Assembly (NCBI GenBank): GCA_964366325.1
Contig: CAYITD010000001.1
Location: 119,634-183,633, forward strand
DNA from: Candidatus Woesearchaeota archaeon
GTDB lineage: Archaea; Nanobdellota; Nanobdellia; Pacearchaeales; GW2011-AR1
Length of the DNA: 64,000 nucleotides
Direction: 5' to 3'
Positions 30,087-39,348 of this stretch are shown in pieces. The notes under the pieces are model-generated. The model was given only the letters and a program-made list of their open reading frames with translations. It did not search any database and was not told the DNA's origin. A program made the position numbers and the translations under genes. Every line of letters starts with the position of its first letter. Positions within the stretch are counted from its first letter, which is position 1.

Positions 30087-30355
30087 ACTATTTTATCAAT
30101 TTCTTTAGCTACTTCAAAATCTTTCCTTGACAAGCCTTTTTCATAATGAGTTGTCAAAGTCAATTTAACATTGTTATAGTTTATCACAATATCAGGATGA
30201 TGGTTGTGTTTCTCAGCAATTTCCCCAACTTTATTTACAAATTCAAGAGCGCCTCTAAAATTCTCCAATACAAATACCTTAGATATAGAATCGGTTTCTA
30301 TAGACCAATTGTCCAAGTTTGCTACTTCATTTTGTATTTCATTTAAGTTCATCAT
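30083..30355 (-). CDS. Pterin-4a-carbinolamine dehydratase (PCD/DCoH)
   Basis: AEKHNHHPDIVINYNNVKLTLTTHYEKGLS fits PCD signature E-x3-H-[HN]-P-x5-6-[YW]-x12-H-x3-G-L. Confidence 0.8.
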   Translation of the reverse strand: MMNLNEIQNEVANLDNWSIETDSISKVFVLENFRGALEFVNKVGEIAEKHNHHPDIVINYNNVKLTLTTHYEKGLSRKDFEVAKEIDKIV

Positions 30356-30388
30356 AAATAAATAATCTCTCCATGTTAATAAATTTTC

Positions 30389-30667
30389 TTAAAGCATAGA
30401 GCCATAGAAAACAGTCGCTAATAGACCAACTTTAATAAATTCGTATAGTCCATCTCTAGTAGGTATAGCTAAAAGTTCTCTTTTAAACTCTCTAGACCCT
30501 TCTGCACAGCTCACGTAGGCGTTATTTAACAATTGTCCAGCTTTTCCAACTTCTCCTCTCAAGCTATCCTGAATTGCGAGAGTGGCTCTCGCTAGATTAG
30601 CAGTTAAACTATTTCCATCAATTCCAGTTCCTTTAAAATAATCAGTTATTTCCATAAAAGTCCACAA
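30389..30667 (-). CDS. Hypothetical protein
   Basis: 92-aa ORF. Confidence 0.3.
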   Translation of the reverse strand: MWTFMEITDYFKGTGIDGNSLTANLARATLAIQDSLRGEVGKAGQLLNNAYVSCAEGSREFKRELLAIPTRDGLYEFIKVGLLATVFYGSML

Positions 30668-30751
30668 AAAACACCTTATTTAAACCTTTCTAATGTAACT
30701 ACTTAAAGATGATTAAATAATATTATTAAATGTAGAAATGCACAGGAAGTT

Positions 30752-31108
30752 ATGCGGGATCTAGCTCCAAAAATTTATCGTCAAAGACTAGTTATAGAAG
30801 GTATTTACACAATTGAAATAACACCTCAAAGGCTTAAGGATTATCTTAAAGATTTATCCACCAAGTTGGGTTCAACTATAATATTTGGTCCAATAATAAA
30901 AAATCTAGCTGGTAAGATAAATTCTATACATGAAGGATTTGAAGGCGTCTTAATTTGGGCAGAATCTGGTGTCTCAATTTATACTTGGAAAAAGGAGAAT
31001 TTCTTCACAATAGACATCTATACCTGTAAAAAATTTAATAATCGTACAGCAGTTAAATTTACAAAAGAATTTTTTAAGACAAAAGACATAGTTTTCAAGA
31101 GTGTCTGA
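30752..31108 (+). CDS. speH: Pyruvoyl-dependent S-adenosylmethionine (or arginine) decarboxylase proenzyme, SpeH-type
   Basis: GVLIWAESGVSIYTWKKE...IDIYTCK parallels SpeH LAESHISIHTWPE...DVFTCG self-cleavage region. Confidence 0.7.
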   Translation: MRDLAPKIYRQRLVIEGIYTIEITPQRLKDYLKDLSTKLGSTIIFGPIIKNLAGKINSIHEGFEGVLIWAESGVSIYTWKKENFFTIDIYTCKKFNNRTAVKFTKEFFKTKDIVFKSV

Positions 31109-31119
31109 CTAAAAAATAA

Positions 31120-31410
31120 CTAAAAACCAAACAATCTACCAAAAAATCCCTTTTTCTCTTCAGGCATATTCGATCGAATAGCTTCATATTTTATCTCTGG
31201 CTTTGTCTTTAAAACAGGAGCCTGATTAGCAAGTTCTTGTTCAGCTCTAATAATTGATTTAGCGACTTCAAGCCTTGAATATCCTTGATTAACTAAAGCC
31301 CATCTCAAAGACTCAGTTGTGTATCCTTTTTTAAGATTACTTTTTATATAAGCCGTAAGCTGATCAACCAACCCTTTTTCTCTTAACATAGTTTTCCAAC
31401 ATTTCTCCAA
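31120..31410 (-). CDS. Hypothetical protein
   Basis: 96-aa ORF. Confidence 0.3.
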   Translation of the reverse strand: MEKCWKTMLREKGLVDQLTAYIKSNLKKGYTTESLRWALVNQGYSRLEVAKSIIRAEQELANQAPVLKTKPEIKYEAIRSNMPEEKKGFFGRLFGF

Positions 31411-31485
31411 TATTTAAAATTATTGCTTCTCTAGAAGATTAAAACAAATTCAACATCTTTAAATAGGTTCTAGAAAAATAATTTC

Positions 31486-31815
31486 ATGGTAAAGATTAGA
31501 GATTACGATCCAGAAGTTTTTTATGGTTCGCCTAGAGGGAATCGTCCTGGATGTTCTGCTTTTTTAGGAGTAATAATAGGAGATCAACATTTTATTTATA
31601 ACAACGATGACGTTAAAGAAGGGGATAAAAAAGATTTATTCAGAGTTAAAATCCAAGGCAAAAGAATATGTCTTGAAGTTTTAGACAGAGTTTATTTACT
31701 TAGAGAGTACAATAGCGAAACAGGAATAGCAAAAGTAGATGCGATAACAGATAGGTCAACAATCATAAGAGTGGTTTTTGCTGGTAGAATTAAAGAAATG
31801 GAAGATCTTATTTAG
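31486..31815 (+). CDS. Hypothetical protein
   Basis: 109-aa ORF. Confidence 0.3.
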   Translation: MVKIRDYDPEVFYGSPRGNRPGCSAFLGVIIGDQHFIYNNDDVKEGDKKDLFRVKIQGKRICLEVLDRVYLLREYNSETGIAKVDAITDRSTIIRVVFAGRIKEMEDLI

Positions 31816-31874
31816 AATCCAAACAACTTATAAAACATGGCAATTATTATAAACCTCTTCCATTTTAACCTAAA

Positions 31875-32429
31875 GTGATAGCAAAAGAGACGACTAGAAG
31901 AGATATTGATGCAAAGATTTCAAAAATGGGCGAGTATGTGAAGATAGATTATCTATCAAGTTGTTTAAAGCAACCTCTTGATTTTGATACAAGAAAGTTT
32001 GTTTTAACGAGCCTTTCGGATTCATATATTGCGAGAGGAATGTTTTCAGATGCAGGTAAAATGATGCTCATAGCTTCAGAAATAAACACTAGCTTTCAAA
32101 ACAAATTAAATGATTACGTAAAAACTATGGATTTATTTGTTAGAGGAAACGACACAGAAAAAGTAATAAGTGTGATGGGTCGCGCTCTAGTAATTGCAAA
32201 CGATACTCAGAAAAACGAAATAAAAAATAAAGTAAAGAGTTTTTATAATCTTCAGGCAGAGCTTTTAATTAAAAAAAATAAAAGGAGACAGGCAATAACT
32301 CTCTATGAAAATTTGTTAGATTTTGAATTAAATGATTCAGAGAGAAAAGAAGTTCAAGACAAACTTCTTAACTTATATCACGCACTCGGTTTAATGAAAG
32401 AATATTATATATTAAAAAGAAAAAAATAA
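31875..32429 (+). CDS. Hypothetical protein
   Basis: 184-aa ORF. Confidence 0.3.
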   Translation: MIAKETTRRDIDAKISKMGEYVKIDYLSSCLKQPLDFDTRKFVLTSLSDSYIARGMFSDAGKMMLIASEINTSFQNKLNDYVKTMDLFVRGNDTEKVISVMGRALVIANDTQKNEIKNKVKSFYNLQAELLIKKNKRRQAITLYENLLDFELNDSERKEVQDKLLNLYHALGLMKEYYILKRKK

Positions 32430-32668
32430 AAAATTAATCTTCTGATGTTGAGGTCAAACCATCAAACAGGTCTTCATCAACATTCATCTCTTCAGGATCC
32501 GACTCCGAGCCAGACTCTGAATTTTTATTCTCAAGCACCTCTTTTGCTTTCATTTTGACTGATTTGATTTTAGAATTTAAATATATAAACTTTATTATTT
32601 TTCAGGACATGGTAATATTGTTAAAAAATAAACAATAGGTTTAAAAAACCACTTTTCATGTTTAAACA

Positions 32669-32806
32669 ATGGCTCAATACAAATGCTTTGATTGCGAAAA
32701 ACCAATAACCTCTAAAGTTTTAGAGAAGAGATTTGTTTGTCCAAATTGCGGCTCAAGAATTTTTTATAAGCCTAGAAGCAAAATGGTAAAGCTCAAGGCT
32801 GTTTAA
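32669..32806 (+). CDS. rpoP: DNA-directed RNA polymerase subunit P (RpoP/Rpb12/RPC10), zinc ribbon
   Basis: 45 aa MAQYKCFDCEKPITSKVLEKRFVCPNCGSRIFYKPRSKMVKLKAV; CxxC-x15-CxxC and FYKPR match RpoP; not in ORF track (below length cutoff). Confidence 0.8.
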   Translation: MAQYKCFDCEKPITSKVLEKRFVCPNCGSRIFYKPRSKMVKLKAV

Positions 32807-32810
32807 CTAC

Positions 32811-33167
32811 ATGGAATTTGAAGAAGAGACAAAGAAAAAAGTAGAGGAGTTGCAATTATTAGAAAATTATCTTCAAAACTTTTTGATGCAAAGACAATCT
32901 TTTAATCTAGAACTAGGTGAATTAAACAATGCATTAGCAGAACTAAAAATTTCAGATGATGAAGTGTACAAAATTTCCTCAGGTGTCATGTTTAAATCTA
33001 CAAAACAAAAAATTTTTACTGAATTAGAAGAAAAAAAGAAAGTTTTAGAGTTGAAAATACAGTCAGTAGAGAAACAGGAAAAACTTTTGGAGAAGAATTC
33101 TTCGGAATTAAGAGAAGAGATAGGAAAGATAATTTCTTCAGATACCAATAAGACACATAGAAAGTAG
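32811..33167 (+). CDS. pfdB: Prefoldin beta subunit
   Basis: 118 aa coiled-coil with central beta-hairpin region; starts 5 nt after rpoP stop. Confidence 0.75.
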   Translation: MEFEEETKKKVEELQLLENYLQNFLMQRQSFNLELGELNNALAELKISDDEVYKISSGVMFKSTKQKIFTELEEKKKVLELKIQSVEKQEKLLEKNSSELREEIGKIISSDTNKTHRK

Positions 33168-33207
33168 AATAATAATATTTATATAGTACACAATTATACA
33201 GTCTCTT

Positions 33208-33588
33208 ATGGCTTTTAGTTTCAAGAGGTTGATGGGAAAAGAATCTTCAGGTGATGAATATTTAGAGATAGATGTTGACTCTGCAAAGCCAAAAGAGAAA
33301 AAAGTTCTTGTTAAGACATTTGTCTTGAGAAGCTTTGAAAACATGGACGAAATCTTAAATTCTCTAAGAGAAGGGTACACTATTGCAGTTATAGACATAA
33401 AACCTCTAAAGTCTAAGGATATTGTAGAATTGAAAAGAGCAGTCTCAAAGATAAAGAAGACCGTGGATGCTTTAGAAGGCACAATAGCGGGCTTTGGAGA
33501 TAACGTAATTATAGCAGCCCCAGAATTTGCACATATTCACCGCCCAACATTGGAAAAGGAAAAGAAAGTTGATTTTATAGGCAATTAG
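33208..33588 (+). CDS. sepF: Cell division protein SepF (DUF552)
   Basis: 126 aa; LVKTFVLRSFENMDEILNSLREGYTIAVIDIKPL...ALEGTIAGFGDNVIIAAP matches SepF fold order. Confidence 0.75.
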   Translation: MAFSFKRLMGKESSGDEYLEIDVDSAKPKEKKVLVKTFVLRSFENMDEILNSLREGYTIAVIDIKPLKSKDIVELKRAVSKIKKTVDALEGTIAGFGDNVIIAAPEFAHIHRPTLEKEKKVDFIGN

Positions 33589-33648
33589 GCCCATCGTTCT
33601 AGAGTTTAATCACATTAAATTTAAAAATAAACATGTCCGAGATTTCTT

Positions 33649-33822
33649 GTGAAATGCAAGTGTGGTAACGACATAGACATCCGAGTTGGTTCAAAACTCA
33701 TCGCAAAGGGTTGTAAAATTCTAACTGCTATAACTGTCATTGTTACAGCCCAATGCCAAAAATGTGGAGAAATGTTCCAAGTTCCCATAAAGAACAGCAG
33801 TTCAGTATCAAAAACGGAATAA
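33649..33822 (+). CDS. Possible small zinc-ribbon protein (GTG start)
   Basis: 57 aa VKCKCGNDIDI...CQKCGEMFQVP with CxC...CxxC; no ATG, so doubtful. Confidence 0.2.
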   Translation: MKCKCGNDIDIRVGSKLIAKGCKILTAITVIVTAQCQKCGEMFQVPIKNSSSVSKTE

Positions 33823-33843
33823 AAACTTAAAATGCAGATTGAG

Positions 33844-34416
33844 TTAATGAGCTAAATATTCTTCTCTTCCAATTCTTTTTGAATGTCTTAATAAAAAACC
33901 AACTTCCTTTTCATAAGTTGTATTTTTTTCTTCCCAATCATATATTTGCTGCATATCTTTAGAGTCAGGGATTATCAAAATAGGCCGAGTTGCAGCAAAA
34001 AGGATCCCCTCAGGATTTTCATCGTCATATGTTTGAAATTTACCTAATAGCGAAAATGGCTCTTGACATTCCATCATCATTTTCACTAAATCTTTATTTG
34101 CTCTTAAATTTCTGCTTAAAGCATCCGAAGAGTAGAAACCTAAAGCGGAGGCAATAGATCCGCCTGCTTTTTTCCACAAAAGAGGTTGATAATTTTGTGC
34201 ATTTTTATTCCTCAATATCCTTCTTAATGAAAGGCTGTAATAAAAACCATTTTCTTCTACACGTTGCTGTCTATCTGGTAAGGCTTCATGAAATCTTGAA
34301 GATTCCGAAACATCAGTAGAAAGCAGTATATCTAAGAATAATTGATTATTTGGTCTCACAATGGATCTATGCTTTCCTAATTCATCCAGTAATTTCTTAG
34401 CAATTTCTTCATCCAT
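33844..34416 (-). CDS. Hypothetical protein
   Basis: 190-aa ORF. Confidence 0.3.
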   Translation of the reverse strand: MDEEIAKKLLDELGKHRSIVRPNNQLFLDILLSTDVSESSRFHEALPDRQQRVEENGFYYSLSLRRILRNKNAQNYQPLLWKKAGGSIASALGFYSSDALSRNLRANKDLVKMMMECQEPFSLLGKFQTYDDENPEGILFAATRPILIIPDSKDMQQIYDWEEKNTTYEKEVGFLLRHSKRIGREEYLAH

Positions 34417-34536
34417 GTTATAAAACAGCTAAATACCAACTTATAAACATTTCACTAATTGATTACATGTTTCACTTTCTTTCAATTTTATAGATAATAC
34501 CTAAATAAATTTAAAACAAAATCTCCATCTCTCAAA

Positions 34537-34932
34537 ATGTTATACACAAAATCAATTTTAAAAGAAGTATCACAAGAAGACGGTTTAAGGATTTCTGTGA
34601 TGAGCAGGCATACTTTGCCTAATGGGATTACACCAGATCTTAGAATTACTTCAGACTCCTTTCACGAGCACTTGCAAGCGTTGGCTCCACCTCCAGAACT
34701 AGTTGGAGATTATTACAAAAGAGATCTGACTTGGGGAGTTTATGAGACTAGGTACAATGAATATCTAAGAAAACCAGAAGTTTCTAGAGAAGTAGAGAAA
34801 TTAGCCAAAAGAGCCACAGAGCAAGACATAACTCTTCTCTGCATAGAAGACACTCCAGAAAGATGTCACAGAAGGCTCCTAGCGGAGGCGTGCCAAAGAT
34901 ATCAGCCGGAGTTGGAAGTAGTTCATAGATAA
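34537..34932 (+). CDS. DUF488 family protein
   Basis: 131 aa; C-terminal LLCIEDTPERCHRRLLAEAC is the DUF488 signature; locally higher GC. Confidence 0.6.
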   Translation: MLYTKSILKEVSQEDGLRISVMSRHTLPNGITPDLRITSDSFHEHLQALAPPPELVGDYYKRDLTWGVYETRYNEYLRKPEVSREVEKLAKRATEQDITLLCIEDTPERCHRRLLAEACQRYQPELEVVHR

Positions 34933-35009
34933 GCGCTCACCACTGTATAACCTCCTTCAAAAGCATTAGAAGTTAGCATACAAAGGCCTATCCTTTAAAT
35001 TTTGAGGCT

Positions 35010-35540
35010 TTATCTAAATAATTCTGGTTTTACAAACCTTTGAAGGTAGGTACCAAAAAGACTCGAAGACTCATCGGGGGATGGAGGCCCATTTTTTTGT
35101 AATGAGCATATATTTGCTAGATCTTCTCTTATTCTATATAATATTCCAACTTTGTAATATCTACCTTCTTCTAGTTCTTCTGGTCTTGCTAATATGACTG
35201 GAGAAATTATTCCCAAATTAGTGTCTCTCAGTCTTTTTCTTTCACATGGAGTAACTGTTAATTCATCTGTAAAATCTTGTATTTTGTGACCTACCAAATC
35301 ATTCTCTCCATCATAAATATTAGTTATATTAGTGTTGTGCAGATAGACGATAGCATGTTTTCCATCTACTAGAAAACCGCTGAATGGACTTAATTTTTTC
35401 CAAGAAGAGGGCAGAGGTATATCGGCTCGAGAAGCAATAAAATCATGAACCGTTATAGCAAGATACATATCAGGGATTAATCTACCCACTAAACCTAATC
35501 TTACATTGACATTTCTCATAAAATTTTCAATTGTATTCAA
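35010..35540 (-). CDS. Hypothetical protein
   Basis: 176-aa ORF, higher GC than surroundings. Confidence 0.3.
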   Translation of the reverse strand: MNTIENFMRNVNVRLGLVGRLIPDMYLAITVHDFIASRADIPLPSSWKKLSPFSGFLVDGKHAIVYLHNTNITNIYDGENDLVGHKIQDFTDELTVTPCERKRLRDTNLGIISPVILARPEELEEGRYYKVGILYRIREDLANICSLQKNGPPSPDESSSLFGTYLQRFVKPELFR

Positions 35541-35584
35541 TTATTAAAATTATGTATTTTCAATTTCCTATATACAATATAGCT

Positions 35585-35953
35585 TCACCTCTTAGCCAAA
35601 GCAAACACAGTCTTCAATGCAACAATTATTGTAGCAGGTACAAAAAGAACAAGAAAGGCCCCTAAAATGGACGAAACAATTTTTCCTATGGCTACTCCTC
35701 TTATGGCAGCATCAAGAAAAAGGCCTTGAATCCCTGCAAAGCTTACAATCACTAAAGAAACAGAGGCCAAGAGAAAAGTCTGAACTTCTTTCTCAGATAC
35801 AAAATATCCAACAACTAATCCAAGTACTGCCATAATGCCCAATATCAAAGGATTAGTTCTGTTTCCAGCAAAGATGCCCACTAAGACCGCAAGAACCATT
35901 CCCATTAGAAAAGCCCAAGCACCTATAAGATTCTCTCTATATTTAATTGGCAT
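35585..35953 (-). CDS. Integral membrane protein
   Basis: 122 aa, 4 TM helices. Confidence 0.35.
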   Translation of the reverse strand: MPIKYRENLIGAWAFLMGMVLAVLVGIFAGNRTNPLILGIMAVLGLVVGYFVSEKEVQTFLLASVSLVIVSFAGIQGLFLDAAIRGVAIGKIVSSILGAFLVLFVPATIIVALKTVFALAKR

Positions 35954-36095
35954 TTAACCTCTATTATCCATTAGCATAAAGTTTATTTAAACTTTCTCTA
36001 TCCTAGAGCACATATATGTTTAAATCTAAACAATCTATCTTCTAGAGAATAGAAATATTTAAATACCATATATGTAACTATAAAATTACAACAAA

Positions 36096-38069
36096 ATGAC
36101 AAACAAAACTAACGTGTTAAAATTCTCAACATTTTTGTTACTAGCAACAGTTCTACTTGGAGCTTTCGCAAGCGCTACAGTTGACTTTGTTGGGGTCAGT
36201 GGATCCTCTCAGACTGTTAGACAAGGTTCTCAGGCTGTAATTTCATTCAAAGTTGAAGGCACAGATTTCTCTGGTCAGTTCGATAACGCACATTTAATAC
36301 TTCCTTCTAATGTTTTCTCAAGCACAGTTTGGTCTGGAGACACAGGTTCATTTACCTTGCTTCCAAACTCCAATGTTTCAAGAACAGTAGTTCTTTCCGT
36401 TCCTTCAACACAAACTCCTGGAAGTTACAATGCTCAAATAAGTTTCGCAGGTGATTACAACTTATCAGGAACTCCAGTTATTCACCCATTAAACATAGTT
36501 CTTACAGTAGAAGCAGCACAGACTATACAATTAAGGGAAAAGACTGCTATGACAAAATCAACAAATGGAGTTATTGAAGTAGAAAACACAGGTTCTTTCA
36601 CATTAACCAACATACAACTCTCAAAACTTTCAGGAGAATTCGATGTGTCTTTCTCTGAAAACGGATTCTCACTTGTTCCAGGTCAGAAAAGAGAAATAAC
36701 AGTTTCACCTAGTAATTTAGGAGAACCAGGATTAAGCGGAAGATCAACTACCATAAGAGCCTCCTCAAATGGGAACTCTGCATCTTTAACTCTTAATGTC
36801 CTAGGGTCCTTCTGTAGTAATGGAGCAGTTGGCGGAAATCTAACAATAAGAAGTGTTGATATCTCAAATAAAGGAGAAGGTTCAGAAGATGAGTGGAAGC
36901 TTCTTGATGAAGTAGAGATAGAAGTAGACGTAAAAAATAATGGCAATGATAATGTTGATAATGTTCTAGTAGAAATAGGTTTGTTTGATTCAACAGGAAG
37001 TAACCAGATTGGAGACTTAGATTTCGATAACGCAGATGAAGAACAAATGGATCTAGGCGATTTGAACGACGGAGACACAGATAGCGTAATATTCACATTT
37101 AGAATACCTGCAGATATGGAAGACGGTTCTTACAAGTTAGCAGTAAAAGCTTACAGCGATGACGCTGGAGAATCAGAAGAGTGTATGGATACAGCAAATG
37201 ATTTGAACAAGAGATCATATCAAGATATTGATCTTCAAAGGGAAGATGATGAAAGCAAGTTTATCGCTTTTGAAAATGTAGAAGTTTCACCTCTAGAAGT
37301 AACCTGTGGCGAGTCAGCTACATTAACAGCTGATGTATTTAACATAGGCGATCAAGACGAAGATCAAGTTAGAGTTAACTTTATGATTCCAGACTTACAG
37401 ATAAAAGATTCATACGAAATAAAGAGTAACTTAGACAAGGGAGACAACGATAAAGTTGACTTCAGTTTCATAATTCCTCAGAATGCACAAGATAAAACTT
37501 ACCAGATAAGATTATCAGCAGATTATGATTACAGAAATGGAAACTACAGAGAATCATTGGATGAATTCGCTACCTTCCCATTGAAAGTTCTTGGATGTAA
37601 TGTTCAAGGCTCAGGTTCAGGTGGAAGTGGGAACACGGGAAGAATAGCTTCAATAACAGCAAACTTAGTGTCTGATAAAATAGAGCCTGGAAAAGAAGCA
37701 GTAGTAAGAGCAACAATAACAAATCTAAAATCAACACGTTCAAGTTTTGTAATTGGAGCAAGTGACTACGACTCATGGTCTTCTCTAAGTGGCGTTTCCC
37801 AGAGAATTTTAGATTTAGATGCAGGTCAAAGTAAAGACGTTACATTCACATTAAAGATAAACGATGATTCTCAAGGAGAACAGTCTTTCATCATAGAGGC
37901 TCTTGCAGACGGACAGACAGAAACAAGAGAAGTAGCTCTAGATATCTCTTCTGCTTCAGGAACTTCATTTAGCTTCGGAAACAATGGATTTATCTGGGTA
38001 ATCGGAGCAGTAAACTTGCTTTTGATAATCTTGATTATATTCGTCGCAGTAAGAATTTCACGAAGATAA
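36096..38069 (+). CDS. Secreted cell-surface protein (S-layer-like), N-signal peptide, C-terminal GF-TM-RR anchor
   Basis: 657 aa; signal MTNKTNVLKFSTFLLLATVLLGAFASA; many N-x-S/T sequons; acidic D/E-rich middle; C-term NNGFIWVIGAVNLLLIILIIFVAVRISRR. Confidence 0.7.
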   Translation: MTNKTNVLKFSTFLLLATVLLGAFASATVDFVGVSGSSQTVRQGSQAVISFKVEGTDFSGQFDNAHLILPSNVFSSTVWSGDTGSFTLLPNSNVSRTVVLSVPSTQTPGSYNAQISFAGDYNLSGTPVIHPLNIVLTVEAAQTIQLREKTAMTKSTNGVIEVENTGSFTLTNIQLSKLSGEFDVSFSENGFSLVPGQKREITVSPSNLGEPGLSGRSTTIRASSNGNSASLTLNVLGSFCSNGAVGGNLTIRSVDISNKGEGSEDEWKLLDEVEIEVDVKNNGNDNVDNVLVEIGLFDSTGSNQIGDLDFDNADEEQMDLGDLNDGDTDSVIFTFRIPADMEDGSYKLAVKAYSDDAGESEECMDTANDLNKRSYQDIDLQREDDESKFIAFENVEVSPLEVTCGESATLTADVFNIGDQDEDQVRVNFMIPDLQIKDSYEIKSNLDKGDNDKVDFSFIIPQNAQDKTYQIRLSADYDYRNGNYRESLDEFATFPLKVLGCNVQGSGSGGSGNTGRIASITANLVSDKIEPGKEAVVRATITNLKSTRSSFVIGASDYDSWSSLSGVSQRILDLDAGQSKDVTFTLKINDDSQGEQSFIIEALADGQTETREVALDISSASGTSFSFGNNGFIWVIGAVNLLLIILIIFVAVRISRR

Positions 38070-38077
38070 TTCTAAAA

Positions 38078-38467
38078 ATGACTTCAACTAAAGATTCACA
38101 AGTTTTTCCATTAGAAAGAATACTTACAATTTCTGCTAGTGATTATCTTTCTCTTAAACCAAGTTATAACAAAGGAGAATCAGATATTTTTTATCAACCA
38201 GTAGGCGTTAATGTTCAGGGCTGTTCAGAAGCAGGTGAGGGGCATACAACAATAAGCATCAGAGGAGATTCTAGAAATTACTCAACCTTACATGAAGCTT
38301 TTGCTTCTAGAGTTCCAAGAGAGGCAGAAGTGGTTGTCGGTTATGTTAACCGTATAACTTTCCTGGAATATGGATATGGAGATCATTTAATCTTCACAGC
38401 ACAAGGAACAGCGCTTATCCCAGTAAAAAGAAAAGGCGTCGGTGAGTGTGTCAGTTTAATACCTTAA
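38078..38467 (+). CDS. Hypothetical protein
   Basis: 129-aa ORF immediately after surface protein. Confidence 0.3.
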   Translation: MTSTKDSQVFPLERILTISASDYLSLKPSYNKGESDIFYQPVGVNVQGCSEAGEGHTTISIRGDSRNYSTLHEAFASRVPREAEVVVGYVNRITFLEYGYGDHLIFTAQGTALIPVKRKGVGECVSLIP

Positions 38468-38629
38468 CTTTTTGATTTTTAGCTAATCACCTATTTTAAT
38501 TGTAATCAAATTAATGAGATTTCATTATTAACTCTAGTTTTATTACATAATATCAAGATTAATAAAATTCTATTGTTTTGCTCCAGACAAAAGCACCACA
38601 CTTTTAAACTCCTCAAACCTTTAAGATGA

Positions 38630-39157
38630 ATGAAAAACAGAGGTGTATTGGATTTATCCTTAAGATACATAATTCTTCTTATTTTAGGAATATTTAGCAC
38701 AATCCTCTTTTATTTTATTTTCACACCTCTGACAGTTTATCCCGTATTTTGGATTCTACATTTAATAGAGGGATCCACTAAACTTCTGCCGGGAAACTTA
38801 ATCTTTGTCAAAGGATTTTATGCTGAGATTATCTCAGCCTGTGTTGCAGGAGCAGCCTACTATCTTCTTTTGATTTTGAATCTTTCAACGCCTATGAGGT
38901 CCAAAAAGAGAATTTTCAGTTTGTTATTTTTAATCTTTTCTTTCCTTTTGCTTAATATCTCCAGAATTCTCCTATTTATCTACCTTCTAGTCTCTGGTTA
39001 CCAATATTTTGAGCTAACTCATAAGTTAACATGGTATTTTGGAAGCACTATTTTAGTTGTCTTACTCTGGTTTCTAAACGTTTTCTTATTTAACATAAAA
39101 AACATACCCATTTACACAGATATGAAAAATCTTTTTTCAGATGTTAAGAAAGTTTGA
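38630..39157 (+). CDS. Polytopic membrane protein, possible exosortase/archaeosortase-like
   Basis: 175 aa, ~5 TM; conserved-looking Cys (ISACVAGAAYY) and Arg (NISRILLF) in TM segments as in sortase-like transpeptidases; short for canonical ArtA. Confidence 0.3.
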   Translation: MKNRGVLDLSLRYIILLILGIFSTILFYFIFTPLTVYPVFWILHLIEGSTKLLPGNLIFVKGFYAEIISACVAGAAYYLLLILNLSTPMRSKKRIFSLLFLIFSFLLLNISRILLFIYLLVSGYQYFELTHKLTWYFGSTILVVLLWFLNVFLFNIKNIPIYTDMKNLFSDVKKV

Positions 39158-39348
39158 GTAAATCCAGATAATTAATCTATTGTATATCCTCTATTTTATA
39201 ATATTAGAATTGCAAATATCAAAATAATAATTGCTCTTTTGGTTTAGTCTATATGTATTAATCAATGTATAAAGTGTGATAAGCTATTTTCCAGCCAACA
39301 AAGAATATTAAATTATTGAACTTAATGAGAATCTAAACAAATTTAATT

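Noticed and set aside
33633-33668. ATG-initiated frame MSEISCEMQVW
   Set aside because: Terminates after 11 codons; the overlapping GTG-initiated zinc-ribbon frame is the only extended reading frame here and is itself low-confidence.
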